A stretch of DNA of 64,000 bases from assembly GCA_050952645.1 (NCBI GenBank), contig JBMNLI010000014.1:10300-74299 (forward strand), read 5' to 3'. The notes below the pieces were generated by a model. That model worked only from the letters and a program-made list of their open reading frames with translations. It did not search any database and was not told the DNA's origin. Positions 1-8,950 of the stretch are shown here, piece after piece. This DNA comes from Bdellovibrionota bacterium. Its GTDB lineage: Bacteria > Bdellovibrionota_C > UBA2361 > CAKMMH01. The position numbers and the translations under genes are program-made. How positions within the stretch are numbered: position 1 is the stretch's first letter; every line of letters starts with the position of its first letter.

Positions 1-14
1 CTTAAATTTTTTTG

Positions 15-596
15 TTATATATCATTAGCCGTTAAAAATAATGATTTGCTTAAATTATCAAAAAATTCTTGATAAATTTTCTCATCTAAAATTCTTTCAT
101 ATCTATATTGATCCTTATTATTCCATATAATTCTAGCAAACTGCACTCTAACATTATAGCCTTTATTAATTTTCGATTTGCTAACTGCTAGCACTACGTA
201 AATTTTCTGCACTACATCATAAGTGCGTTCTTGGTGTTGATAGCTTTGCCCCCCAGATAAAGCTACCGCAACTTCAAGCATGGACATAACGATATCGAGA
301 GTTTGGTTTGCTTTTAAATTATCTGCCTCTCTATCTTTTATCGCATTGAAAAATCCTAAACTGCTTTCATTCTCTACTACCGTAAAACCTAAGTCTTGTA
401 ATACTCCTAAAGCGGCTTGCAAAATTTCCATCTCATCTTTCGCTTCAAACCTTTTAGTTTCAAATTGGCGTCTAGCTAAATAATTCACATCAAGTTTATA
501 ATAATTTTCATAATTAACACAACTTGAAAGAATGCTAGCGGTAATAAAAGTGCATAAGATAAATATAATTTTATTAAATTTTAATTTAGTAAGCAT
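15..596 (-). CDS. Hypothetical lipoprotein
   Basis: 193 aa ORF; hydrophobic N-terminus ending in lipobox-like LSSC; directly downstream of the SmpA-like lipoprotein gene. Confidence 0.75.
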   Translation of the reverse strand: MLTKLKFNKIIFILCTFITASILSSCVNYENYYKLDVNYLARRQFETKRFEAKDEMEILQAALGVLQDLGFTVVENESSLGFFNAIKDREADNLKANQTLDIVMSMLEVAVALSGGQSYQHQERTYDVVQKIYVVLAVSKSKINKGYNVRVQFARIIWNNKDQYRYERILDEKIYQEFFDNLSKSLFLTANDI

Positions 597-615
597 TTAA
601 AATAAAATCTAAGCA

Positions 616-1026
616 CTAAAATGCAGAAGTTCTATAAGCAAAATCACGCACTTTGCTTTGGTTATCAAATTTTACGATAATGGTAAGCGTTCTTTGTGTC
701 GATGAAGATAGGCTATTTCGATTAGAATAATCGTAAAATAATACCCACACACCGTGGCGACTCGAAGAAGCTTGAACCGTCGTTGAAACTCTATCGTATA
801 CCCACGTTTCTCTTCGCTTATCATCGGTAGTTATCATATTCGGGCTTCCTAAAACATCTAAAACCTCCGATGCACTCATGCCTATTTTTATCTCTCTTTG
901 TGCTTTTGCAACAGTTAGTCTTTCTTCATTAAGGTTGTAATTTCTAGATGAACACGCTTGAACTAGCGTAAAAACAATTAAAAGAGAAACGATAGGAAAA
1001 ACTTTTTTTGTTATTTTTATTACCAT
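616..1026 (-). CDS. SmpA/OmlA (BamE-like) domain lipoprotein
   Basis: Lipobox VQAC; IKIGMSASEVLDVLGSP...ETWVY and terminal LTIIVKFD match the SmpA/BamE pattern. Confidence 0.7.
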   Translation of the reverse strand: MVIKITKKVFPIVSLLIVFTLVQACSSRNYNLNEERLTVAKAQREIKIGMSASEVLDVLGSPNMITTDDKRRETWVYDRVSTTVQASSSRHGVWVLFYDYSNRNSLSSSTQRTLTIIVKFDNQSKVRDFAYRTSAF

Positions 1027-1176
1027 ATTAAATATCCTTCTATAATGTTTTTTAATTTTATTTTTTTTAACTTTTCAAAAATTTTTTTTTATATTTTAAG
1101 TTCTTTATGTTTTCGATTTATGTTTTCGATTTATAAAAAAGAGAAACGCCATAAAGCTAAAAATACATAAAAACGC

Positions 1177-1923
1177 TTATCTTCTATAATGCCATAAAGC
1201 ATCGAATAAATAAATTCTAAAAATAGAAAAGAACAGCGCTAAAATGTATGAAATTAAAATAGTTGCATAAAAATTATTAAACGGTAAAAGCATAAGTAGC
1301 ATCTCACTTCCTTTGTAAAACGTATTGCTAGGGAGCAATACATCGTTAAAGCTAATCATAAGCAAAACGGCCTTAGGGTTTAATATAATTAAAGGAAGAA
1401 AGAAAATGATGTAAGGCAAAAACCATTCAACGTAATAAGATTTTACGAAATTAAAACTTTCAGCTAGAGTTTCAGTGCCATAGTAATTTTTTAAAATTAT
1501 ACATTCAGGCGCTACGTTAAATAAAATTATTATAATAAAATTTACGATAATTATTAAACTTTTATTAGTTATAAATAAAGTTTGAGCTAATAGGTTTACA
1601 ACAAATAATATAAAAGCGACATTTAAAATAGGGGAGAAAAAAGCAAAGTTCATATCTTTAATATCCTCAAGCCTTAGGCGTGAGGAAGATATCGTTATAG
1701 AAAGCCATTTATAAAATATGCTTAAAGCAAAAATAGCAAACATTCCTGCTAAAAATCCGCCTACGGTAAAACTTGCGCCACTAGGCCCTAATTTAAGCAG
1801 TAATCCTAAAATAAGTTTCGATGCTATTAGTAAAATAGCAGAAAAAGGAATAATTATCCAAGAACGCACTAAGGCGTTATAAGTGTTTTTTAATGCTGTT
1901 AAATAGATTTTTAATAATTTCAT
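1177..1923 (-). CDS. Hypothetical integral membrane protein
   Basis: 248 aa ORF with about 6 hydrophobic segments. Confidence 0.7.
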   Translation of the reverse strand: MKLLKIYLTALKNTYNALVRSWIIIPFSAILLIASKLILGLLLKLGPSGASFTVGGFLAGMFAIFALSIFYKWLSITISSSRLRLEDIKDMNFAFFSPILNVAFILFVVNLLAQTLFITNKSLIIIVNFIIIILFNVAPECIILKNYYGTETLAESFNFVKSYYVEWFLPYIIFFLPLIILNPKAVLLMISFNDVLLPSNTFYKGSEMLLMLLPFNNFYATILISYILALFFSIFRIYLFDALWHYRR

Positions 1924-2021
1924 AATATTATTTTTTTAAAATCTCCTTTTATTTTGTTACTATTTATTCTTTTTACTATTTATTTTTTACTAGTAGTGTT
2001 AATAGCTTTTTTTAAAAAGTC

Positions 2022-3746
2022 TTACTTTTTACTTTCTATTTTATTTTCATCTTTACTTTCGTTTTTACTTTTATCTTTATTTTCATTTTTATTTTTATTT
2101 TCTTCTTTCTTTTTAATGCTATCTTTTATTTTGCTACTAGCCTTGCTTCTAGTTTTGTTTTTTTTAGTGCTTTGCTTTTTACTTATTTTTTTATTTTTCT
2201 CAATATTTTTTTCTACCATCTTTGGCATATAAATCGCAGAATTTTTCTTTGTTGAAAGTTTAAAAACTTCTTTCGTTTCCACCGTTTCGTTTTTATTTAT
2301 TTCGTTTTTGTTCATTTCGCTTTTATCTGTTTCTTTAATATTTTTTTTACTTTTATTTTTATCTTTACTTTTGTCTTTATTGATAAGTTTTATTTTCTTA
2401 TTTTTTTTGGCCCTTTTTTCTTTATTATCTTTTTCTTTTTTACTTTCTTCTTTTTTATCTATTATATTTTCTTTTTTACTTTCATCTGCATCTTCTTTTG
2501 CCTTAGCCTTTATAGGTTTTTTAAAGAAACTAGGCTTCTTATTTAATAATTTACTTTCTCTTATTTTCTTATCTTGCGCCTCAGTTTTTAGTTTTAATGC
2601 CTCGTTTATAATATCTTCTAATTCTTTGCTGTTATTTGTAAATAAAACTAAGTATTTTAATTCTACAAGAGGAGCACGCCTAGCAAGCGAGCGGACATTT
2701 ATGCTATCAGGCTCTTTAGATATAAATTTTTTCCATAATTTAATAGTTGAGATTATAACTTCTTTTTCTTTCTTAGGAACGAAAAGTTTAGTAAATAAAG
2801 TTTTGACAAACGCATCAATCTCATCTTCATTTTCAAATAACTCATTATAGTTTTTATTTTTTTCTAGCGACTTTTTAACGCTTATACTAAAAACTGAAAA
2901 GATTGCAGTTATCGGAATCGCTTGCCCTTTTTGCACCCAATTGTCTATACAAATAAGTGCTAGTGAGGTTTCATTTTTATTATGACTAAGACAAGTGCTA
3001 GTGCTTCCTAGTTCAGGTAAAATAAGGTCTAATACTTTTAATTTTTCTGCTAATTTTAATATTTGGTAAGAGTACCCTGAAGAAAAATCTTTTTTTAACT
3101 CATCGTGAATTCGCATTGCGGGAATTTCACTTAAAAGATGTCTGTTTTCAATTATAGCTTTTCTACTTTCAGGCTCTATTCTAAATCCACATTTTGCGGC
3201 ATGTCTTATCGCTCTCCAAAGTCTTACGGGGTCTTCTATAATTTTTATAGTAGGGTTCCCGATTATTCTTATAATTTTTCTTTGTAAGTCTTTAAACCCT
3301 CCTACATAGTCGATAATAGAAAAAGTGCTTAAATCATAATAAAGTGCATTTATCGTAATATCTCTTCTTACGGCATCCGTAACCTCAGTGCCATAAATAT
3401 TATCCTTTGCTAGCGTTTGAACGTTTTCTATATCAACCTCGTGCACATCTCTAAAAGTAGATAGCTCGATAATTTTATTATCCTTGAAAAAAACGTGAGC
3501 GATTTTAAAGCGTTTGCCTATAATTCTACAGTTTCTAAAAATTGATTTTATTTGTTTCGGTGTGGCGTCCGTTGCTATATCAAAATCTTTAGGTTTCCTG
3601 TTAAGGAGTAAATCTCTTACGCCACCTCCTACTAAATAACCTTTGTATCCACTATTGATTAGTCTATACATCGTCTTTAAGGCGTCTTTATCAATATTTT
3701 TTCTAGATACTATATGCTCGCTTCTTTTATATACCTTTGGTTTCAT
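2022..3746 (-). CDS. pcnB: Poly(A) polymerase I with long Lys-rich C-terminal tail
   Basis: LVGGGVRDLL, PKDFDIAT, PAP-type IIGKRFKIAHV loop, RRDITINALYY, EDPVRL motifs. Confidence 0.92.
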   Translation of the reverse strand: MKPKVYKRSEHIVSRKNIDKDALKTMYRLINSGYKGYLVGGGVRDLLLNRKPKDFDIATDATPKQIKSIFRNCRIIGKRFKIAHVFFKDNKIIELSTFRDVHEVDIENVQTLAKDNIYGTEVTDAVRRDITINALYYDLSTFSIIDYVGGFKDLQRKIIRIIGNPTIKIIEDPVRLWRAIRHAAKCGFRIEPESRKAIIENRHLLSEIPAMRIHDELKKDFSSGYSYQILKLAEKLKVLDLILPELGSTSTCLSHNKNETSLALICIDNWVQKGQAIPITAIFSVFSISVKKSLEKNKNYNELFENEDEIDAFVKTLFTKLFVPKKEKEVIISTIKLWKKFISKEPDSINVRSLARRAPLVELKYLVLFTNNSKELEDIINEALKLKTEAQDKKIRESKLLNKKPSFFKKPIKAKAKEDADESKKENIIDKKEESKKEKDNKEKRAKKNKKIKLINKDKSKDKNKSKKNIKETDKSEMNKNEINKNETVETKEVFKLSTKKNSAIYMPKMVEKNIEKNKKISKKQSTKKNKTRSKASSKIKDSIKKKEENKNKNENKDKSKNESKDENKIESKK

Positions 3747-4017
3747 AAATAATTTTTCTAAATACTGCTAGGATTCATTTTTTTAAAGAAAATAAAACCA
3801 TATAAATTTTAAATAAACACACTATATAATATAAACTAATTCATATCATAAGATAAAGATGAAGAATTATAAAAACTAAAAAAATAAAATATCTAATAAT
3901 TTCAATATGTTATTTTGCAGTTTTTTATTAAAGGAATTATTAAAAATGGTCGATTTCATTATTAAGTGTTAGGTGTGTGTGTTATATCAGTTTATTTATA
4001 GGAGGAAAGATATCAAA

Positions 4018-4260
4018 ATGGCACGAGTAGTTTATCCTTTTGAGTTATCAGATCCCGATTTTACATGGCTAATAAACAATTATTTAGAAGAAAATCCAAA
4101 TATTTTTACCGTGCAGACGGAGGGTTGCCCGATAATTTTACTCTCGAATTGTGAGATTTTTGACCAAAATAATTTTTTAAATGAAAATTTAGATAACCTA
4201 GAATCTTTAGATGATATTGAAAAAGAACTTATCGCTTTATTAAGAAAGCCTAATACTTAA
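4018..4260 (+). CDS. Small hypothetical protein (about 80 aa)
   Basis: ATG at 4018 preceded by AGGAGG RBS; the upstream GTG at 3973 is less likely. Confidence 0.65.
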   Translation: MARVVYPFELSDPDFTWLINNYLEENPNIFTVQTEGCPIILLSNCEIFDQNNFLNENLDNLESLDDIEKELIALLRKPNT

Positions 4261-4346
4261 AAAATAAATACGTAAAAAAACTAATACTTAAAAATTAAGA
4301 TTTTAAAAAGCTAAAAAAAATATTAAGTTAAAATTAAAAAATCACC

Positions 4347-4943
4347 TTAAAACACTTTTACTAAAAGAAGTTGCAAAAGTCCTATTAAAAATCCTAAAAC
4401 GCCACCTACAAGTTCGATAAACTTAAATTCTTTTCTCATAATTTCGTTAAGTAGTAGTTCTAACTTATCTGTAGAAAAATCGTTTACCTTTTTTTCAACG
4501 ATGCTCGATACATCTAAAACATCTTCAAGCTTATTTCCAATTTCAATCACGAGTTCTTGGAGCATTTTATCTATATCGGCTACTAAAGCATTTTTTATTT
4601 TACCTACAAGCTCGGGACTTAAAAACATCGCTACCATAGGAATTACTTTAGGGATTTTCTCATAGATGGCAGTCTCTAATTTATTTCCTATAAGCTCTTT
4701 TATAGTAGGAGATAGAGCAACCTCATTTAAAGTTTTTTGAACATCTCTTGCAGAAAACAATTCGCTAGAAACTATCTTACCTAATTTTTTTGCTAAGTCT
4801 TTTTGCCTTTTAGGAAAAACGCCTTGAACTTTTAAAAATAAAAAACGCACTTCTTTTTTAGGATGGAAAAGCATTTTTATAGCTATGTAGTTAGTAAACC
4901 ATCCTATAAGTGCTGCGATAAATGGTAAAAAATAAGATCCCAT
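4347..4943 (-). CDS. DUF445 family membrane protein
   Basis: IGWFTNYIAIKMLFHP, QGVFPKRQ and ELxFIELVGGVLGFLIG-type termini. Confidence 0.9.
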   Translation of the reverse strand: MGSYFLPFIAALIGWFTNYIAIKMLFHPKKEVRFLFLKVQGVFPKRQKDLAKKLGKIVSSELFSARDVQKTLNEVALSPTIKELIGNKLETAIYEKIPKVIPMVAMFLSPELVGKIKNALVADIDKMLQELVIEIGNKLEDVLDVSSIVEKKVNDFSTDKLELLLNEIMRKEFKFIELVGGVLGFLIGLLQLLLVKVF

Positions 4944-4982
4944 ATTTTAAATTTATCCTTAATAATTCGTTAAATACCACTT

Positions 4983-5648
4983 TTAGAGAGTTTTTCTAGC
5001 CCAAGCCGTTGCTAGAGAGTCTGCGTATTCGTTCCATAAAAAGCCACTATGTGATTCTATCCAAGTTAATTTTGCATTAGGCTTTTCTTTTATCGCTTCA
5101 TAAACTTTTTTAACGAGGTCTAGGTTTTTTATTTCTCCCGTTTTCTTTTTCCAGCCATTTTTTTCCCAGCTAAATATCCATTTGTTAAACGTATTTACGC
5201 AAAGCTCGCTATCTGTGTATACTAATATCTCTTCATTTTTAGGAGCCATCTTAAAAGCGTTTAGTAGTGCCGTTAGTTCCATTCTATTATTAGTAGTCTC
5301 TTTTTCATTTCCATATTTTTGTTCGATAATTTTACCATCTTTGACAAACACTACGCCCCAGCCTCCACTCCCAGGGTTTGGTCTAGCACTTCCATCGGTA
5401 AAAATGCCAGTCTTAGGTCCATTTTTAAATTTTTTAAGCACTTCTTCTAATGTTAAATCCTCTTCCTTAAAAAAATCGCCTTTCGTATCGTAGGCATTAC
5501 TTTTAGCCACGTTTTGCGTGTTTTCGTTATTCTTTTTTTTAGGATTACAATTTTTACAATACTTAGGAGTCCAGTTAGGGTATTTAGCTAGAACCTCGCT
5601 AGGTATTGAAAACGAACTATTACATTTTATACAATTAAAATTTGCCAT
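4983..5648 (-). CDS. rnhA: Ribonuclease HI with N-terminal CxxC..CxxC zinc ribbon
   Basis: FTDGSARPNPGSGGWG, TTNNRMEL, YTDS, KNLDL, HSG..NEYAD motifs; N-terminal CIKC...PKYCKNC. Confidence 0.92.
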   Translation of the reverse strand: MANFNCIKCNSSFSIPSEVLAKYPNWTPKYCKNCNPKKKNNENTQNVAKSNAYDTKGDFFKEEDLTLEEVLKKFKNGPKTGIFTDGSARPNPGSGGWGVVFVKDGKIIEQKYGNEKETTNNRMELTALLNAFKMAPKNEEILVYTDSELCVNTFNKWIFSWEKNGWKKKTGEIKNLDLVKKVYEAIKEKPNAKLTWIESHSGFLWNEYADSLATAWARKTL

Positions 5649-5798
5649 AAGTGATAGAATAAGTTTTTTTTTATTAAAAGTCTATGAAGATATTTAAAGT
5701 TATTAAAGAAAAAAATATTCTTAAAGAGCCTTTAGGTATTTAAATGAAAGTTTTAAAGAGAAAATTTAAATTTAAAATTTAATATGAAAACTTAAAAC

Positions 5799-6521
5799 TT
5801 AAAACGAAACTACGCTCGTTATTTGATATAATTTTTCTTCGTTATTTTTACTTGGAATTTTTATTTTAAACTCGATTAAATCTGGAAGCTTATCTCGCGC
5901 ATACCAACTATCTTGCCACGTATCCTCCTCTTTATCGTAATATTTTATTTTAAATTCGGAGATGTTTTTAATAACTGGGAATGTCATTCTGTAATCGTTT
6001 TGTAGCTCTTTATTCATAACCGGTATTTCATCACGAATGAGCCAGTAGTTTTCCGTAGTGCTATTGTCGTTTTTTCCTTTCTGTTCTTTCTCTCCTTTTT
6101 CAACTCGATATTTTATATATACTAAGTCTGAGACACGCTTTGATTTAGAAATATATTTTCCACGTAAATATTGTTTTGCTTTTCTCGACATAAAGGAAAT
6201 CGTATCGTGGCGAAACTCTTTTTTCTTACTAGTTTCACCGCATAGAAAAATTTTAAACCCTTCGGTAATAGTATTAGAGTTGCATTCAAGGTCTAGGGGC
6301 AAAGATTCTTTTTGTACTAAAGAAAATTCTCTATTTAATCTATTAGTAATGTTGTTTAATATTAAATCCGTTTCTCTTATCTCATCTAGCGTTTTTTTGC
6401 CTCTTATCATTTGAATAACTACACTTTGAGCTATGGTAAACATTATAGCTAAAATACTTATAGCTAGTATCATCTCTACAAAAGTAAATCCAGATTGTGT
6501 TTTAAAATTTTTATTATTCAT
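5799..6521 (-). CDS. gspJ: T2SS minor pseudopilin J-like
   Basis: Prepilin motif GFTFVE; C-terminal WQDSW...LPDLIE typical of GspJ; fourth gene of the G-H-I-J run. Confidence 0.8.
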   Translation of the reverse strand: MNNKNFKTQSGFTFVEMILAISILAIMFTIAQSVVIQMIRGKKTLDEIRETDLILNNITNRLNREFSLVQKESLPLDLECNSNTITEGFKIFLCGETSKKKEFRHDTISFMSRKAKQYLRGKYISKSKRVSDLVYIKYRVEKGEKEQKGKNDNSTTENYWLIRDEIPVMNKELQNDYRMTFPVIKNISEFKIKYYDKEEDTWQDSWYARDKLPDLIEFKIKIPSKNNEEKLYQITSVVSF

Positions 6522-6634
6522 AAATATTTTTTTTATTTTCTTCCTTTTTTATTTTTTCATTTTCTTATTCTTTTTTTCTTTTTTTTCATATTTTTCTTAT
6601 TCTTTTTTTTCTTTTTTCTTTGTTCTTTGTATTT

Positions 6635-7096
6635 TTATATATTTTCAGTGTATCTTATAATATTTAGCTCTTCTCTATTAGTTTCTCCCCAAGAAATTTT
6701 TAGTTCTATAAGTTTTATAATATTTTCTTGCTCTATGCCGATTAGTTTTGGAGAGGTGGCTTTTAATTTAATTTTAAATTTATCTAGAATATCCTTGTCT
6801 TCTTCATCAAACGGGATATCATTTTGACTAAAAAAAACTATAAGCTCCTCATCTTTTTCTTCATCGACGTTTATAGAGACTTTTTCTAGCTCTATGGCAG
6901 CCATAACTTTTCTAGCAAGTCCGAGAGCTACTTTTCTGTTTTGATCGTTAATAGTGCGTGCAATATTCGATTGCTCTAGCCCAAGCATAACGACTAGTGC
7001 AGTAGCTAACATAAAAACTGCTATAGCGATTTCAACTAGAGTAAATCCTTTTTCACATCTCGTTTTTTTTATTTTATTATTTTTATTTATTATCAT
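6635..7096 (-). CDS. gspI: T2SS minor pseudopilin I-like
   Basis: Prepilin motif GFTLVE; size, ISWG end motif and gene order. Confidence 0.75.
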   Translation of the reverse strand: MIINKNNKIKKTRCEKGFTLVEIAIAVFMLATALVVMLGLEQSNIARTINDQNRKVALGLARKVMAAIELEKVSINVDEEKDEELIVFFSQNDIPFDEEDKDILDKFKIKLKATSPKLIGIEQENIIKLIELKISWGETNREELNIIRYTENI

Positions 7097-7913
7097 TAAA
7101 AGTCCACTCGAAATCTTTATACTCGTTATACAGCTCAGTAAATCCTGTAAAAGGATTGATTAGCAATGTATATTCACCTCCTCTATCATTATAAAGATGT
7201 ATCACGCTAAAATCCGTAAATCCTTTAGGGCTAAAAACTATTTGTGCCGATTCTAAATCTTGAGGTGTATATTTAGTATCGAATATCATGATATCTTTTA
7301 TCTTTAAAAAACTAGGAGCATCTTTTAGCTCTGATAGCGATGGAAAATTAGGGGCAGGTAAGAAAGAACGTCCCTCTGTAATTCCTTCTTCTCTTTCTCC
7401 TACCCTTTCTTTTTCTCTTTCTTTTTTTTCTCTTTTCTTTCTAGTGCCGTAAAAGCCTTTTGCTTTGTAATCGCCTTTAGGGGTATATTTGCTTTTTTTA
7501 GTCGTATCTCGTTTAATTTCTCTAGGATAAGCGATTTGTTTATAATAAAAATCTCTTAAATCGTTAGTAGTGTTAGTATTAGCTAAAGTATCGTTTAAGT
7601 TTTCATCTGAAACCGTTGTATCTGAAGTGGAATTTAAGGCACTATTAAAAACGCCTACATTATAGCTAAAATTTCCTTCATCGGTTATATTAAAATTTAG
7701 CACGTATTCACTCTGGTCTGCGATTGCTTGATTATATAAAAAACTTATAGTCTCTCTTATTTGTCTAATGCAACCCTCTTCTTTAAATCTATTTGCAGTC
7801 CCGGTTCTATTACCTACTAAAGCAAAAAGACTTGCCATAAGCAAGAGCACTATGGCAAGTTCTATAAGTGTAAAAGCTTTCTGTTTTTTATTATTAAAAT
7901 TAAAAACACTCAT
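7083..7913 (-). CDS. gspH: T2SS minor pseudopilin H-like with charged insertion
   Basis: AFTLIE prepilin motif; C-terminal IVFSPKG...YTLLINPFTG; lies between gspG and gspI. Confidence 0.75.
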   Translation of the reverse strand: MSVFNFNNKKQKAFTLIELAIVLLLMASLFALVGNRTGTANRFKEEGCIRQIRETISFLYNQAIADQSEYVLNFNITDEGNFSYNVGVFNSALNSTSDTTVSDENLNDTLANTNTTNDLRDFYYKQIAYPREIKRDTTKKSKYTPKGDYKAKGFYGTRKKREKKEREKERVGEREEGITEGRSFLPAPNFPSLSELKDAPSFLKIKDIMIFDTKYTPQDLESAQIVFSPKGFTDFSVIHLYNDRGGEYTLLINPFTGFTELYNEYKDFEWTFNDNK

Positions 7914-7974
7914 TTTTTTTTATTTTGTCTTTTTTATTTTATCTTTTAGCCTTTTACGTATATTTTTTAATTTT

Positions 7975-8382
7975 TTAAGGCCCCGTGATTTCTTGGTCGC
8001 TATCTACTCCCGAGCCACCCGGCTTTTTATCTGCGCCTAATGTTTTTATGGTATAGGAGTTTCCAGACGATTGGTATACGAATGGATTATCCCACGCATC
8101 TAAGACATCTTCTTTATCGGCCATCGGTATGCAGTTGCTCGCCTTACTTGGGCAACCCGTTAAATCGTTTAGTGAGCTAGGGAGGCTATTATATTCTAGT
8201 TGATATTCTGCTATGGTTGATTTTAATTTAGACATTTTTAAGTTGTTTAATTTAGCTTTAGCTTTTTCACCTTGAGAGAAAAGCCCTCCAGTTAAAAAAG
8301 AGAATAATATTGAAAGGATAACTAGAACGATAATAATTTCGATAAGAGTTAATCCTTTTTGATTATGTAGATTATTTTTCAT
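7975..8382 (-). CDS. gspG: T2SS major pseudopilin
   Basis: GLTLIE prepilin motif; DAWDNPFVY and LGADKKPGGSGVDSD Ca-binding loop of GspG. Confidence 0.9.
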   Translation of the reverse strand: MKNNLHNQKGLTLIEIIIVLVILSILFSFLTGGLFSQGEKAKAKLNNLKMSKLKSTIAEYQLEYNSLPSSLNDLTGCPSKASNCIPMADKEDVLDAWDNPFVYQSSGNSYTIKTLGADKKPGGSGVDSDQEITGP

Positions 8383-8880
8383 GATTTTAATTCCTATATA
8401 AAAACGAAAATAAATAATATAAACAAAAAATATTTTTTTAAAGATTATATATGCTAATTAAAAAATATAACAGAGAGAGAAAGGTTTTTATTAGGAAAAA
8501 TTTTAATTGAATTTCGTTTTTTACTCGTCTTTTTAGATTTTGCTAAAAATTGTGAATACTGAAGGCGTAAGCTATATAAAAAAACTTATAAAATATGTAA
8601 GTAAGATAAGGTTAATATTAAATTTCTAGGTATGTCTTAGAGCAACGTCCGTTTTTATTTTAGTCCCTATAAAAGCTAAATTTTAATCTTGTAAGTTTTA
8701 GGTTGGTGATTATATAATATTTTTACTTAAGTTTTTTTATCACGATATATTTTTTATGTATGTAGTGTGTTTTTTTAGAAAAAGCAAATTGGCTTTTATA
8801 GAAAACTATCTATAGTTTAAAGAAAAATTACAACTATATTTAAAGTAATTTATTTTATGCAAATTTCTTTAAAGTCAATT

Positions 8881-8950
8881 TTCTTTTGGGCTTCGTGGGG
8901 CGAGTGATACTAATTTTAAGGTCTTTAACCCACTTAAAACGTGAAGAGCC
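8881..8950 (+). mobile_element. MITE family copy, right half
   Basis: TTTTGGGCTTCGTGGGGCGAGTGATACTAATTTTAAGGTC...CTTAAAACGTGAAGAGCC, closely matching 15517-15584. Confidence 0.85.

Noticed and set aside
1954..2850. Phe/Leu-rich plus-strand ORFs resembling membrane proteins (also 6433-6827, 49305-49704)
   Set aside because: Antisense of Lys/Asn-rich genes or A/T-rich spacers; the hydrophobicity comes from T-richness.
3929..3956. Sigma-28-like TAAA-N16-GTCGATTT before the small ORF at 4018
   Set aside because: Spacer and -10 both deviate; too weak in AT-rich DNA.
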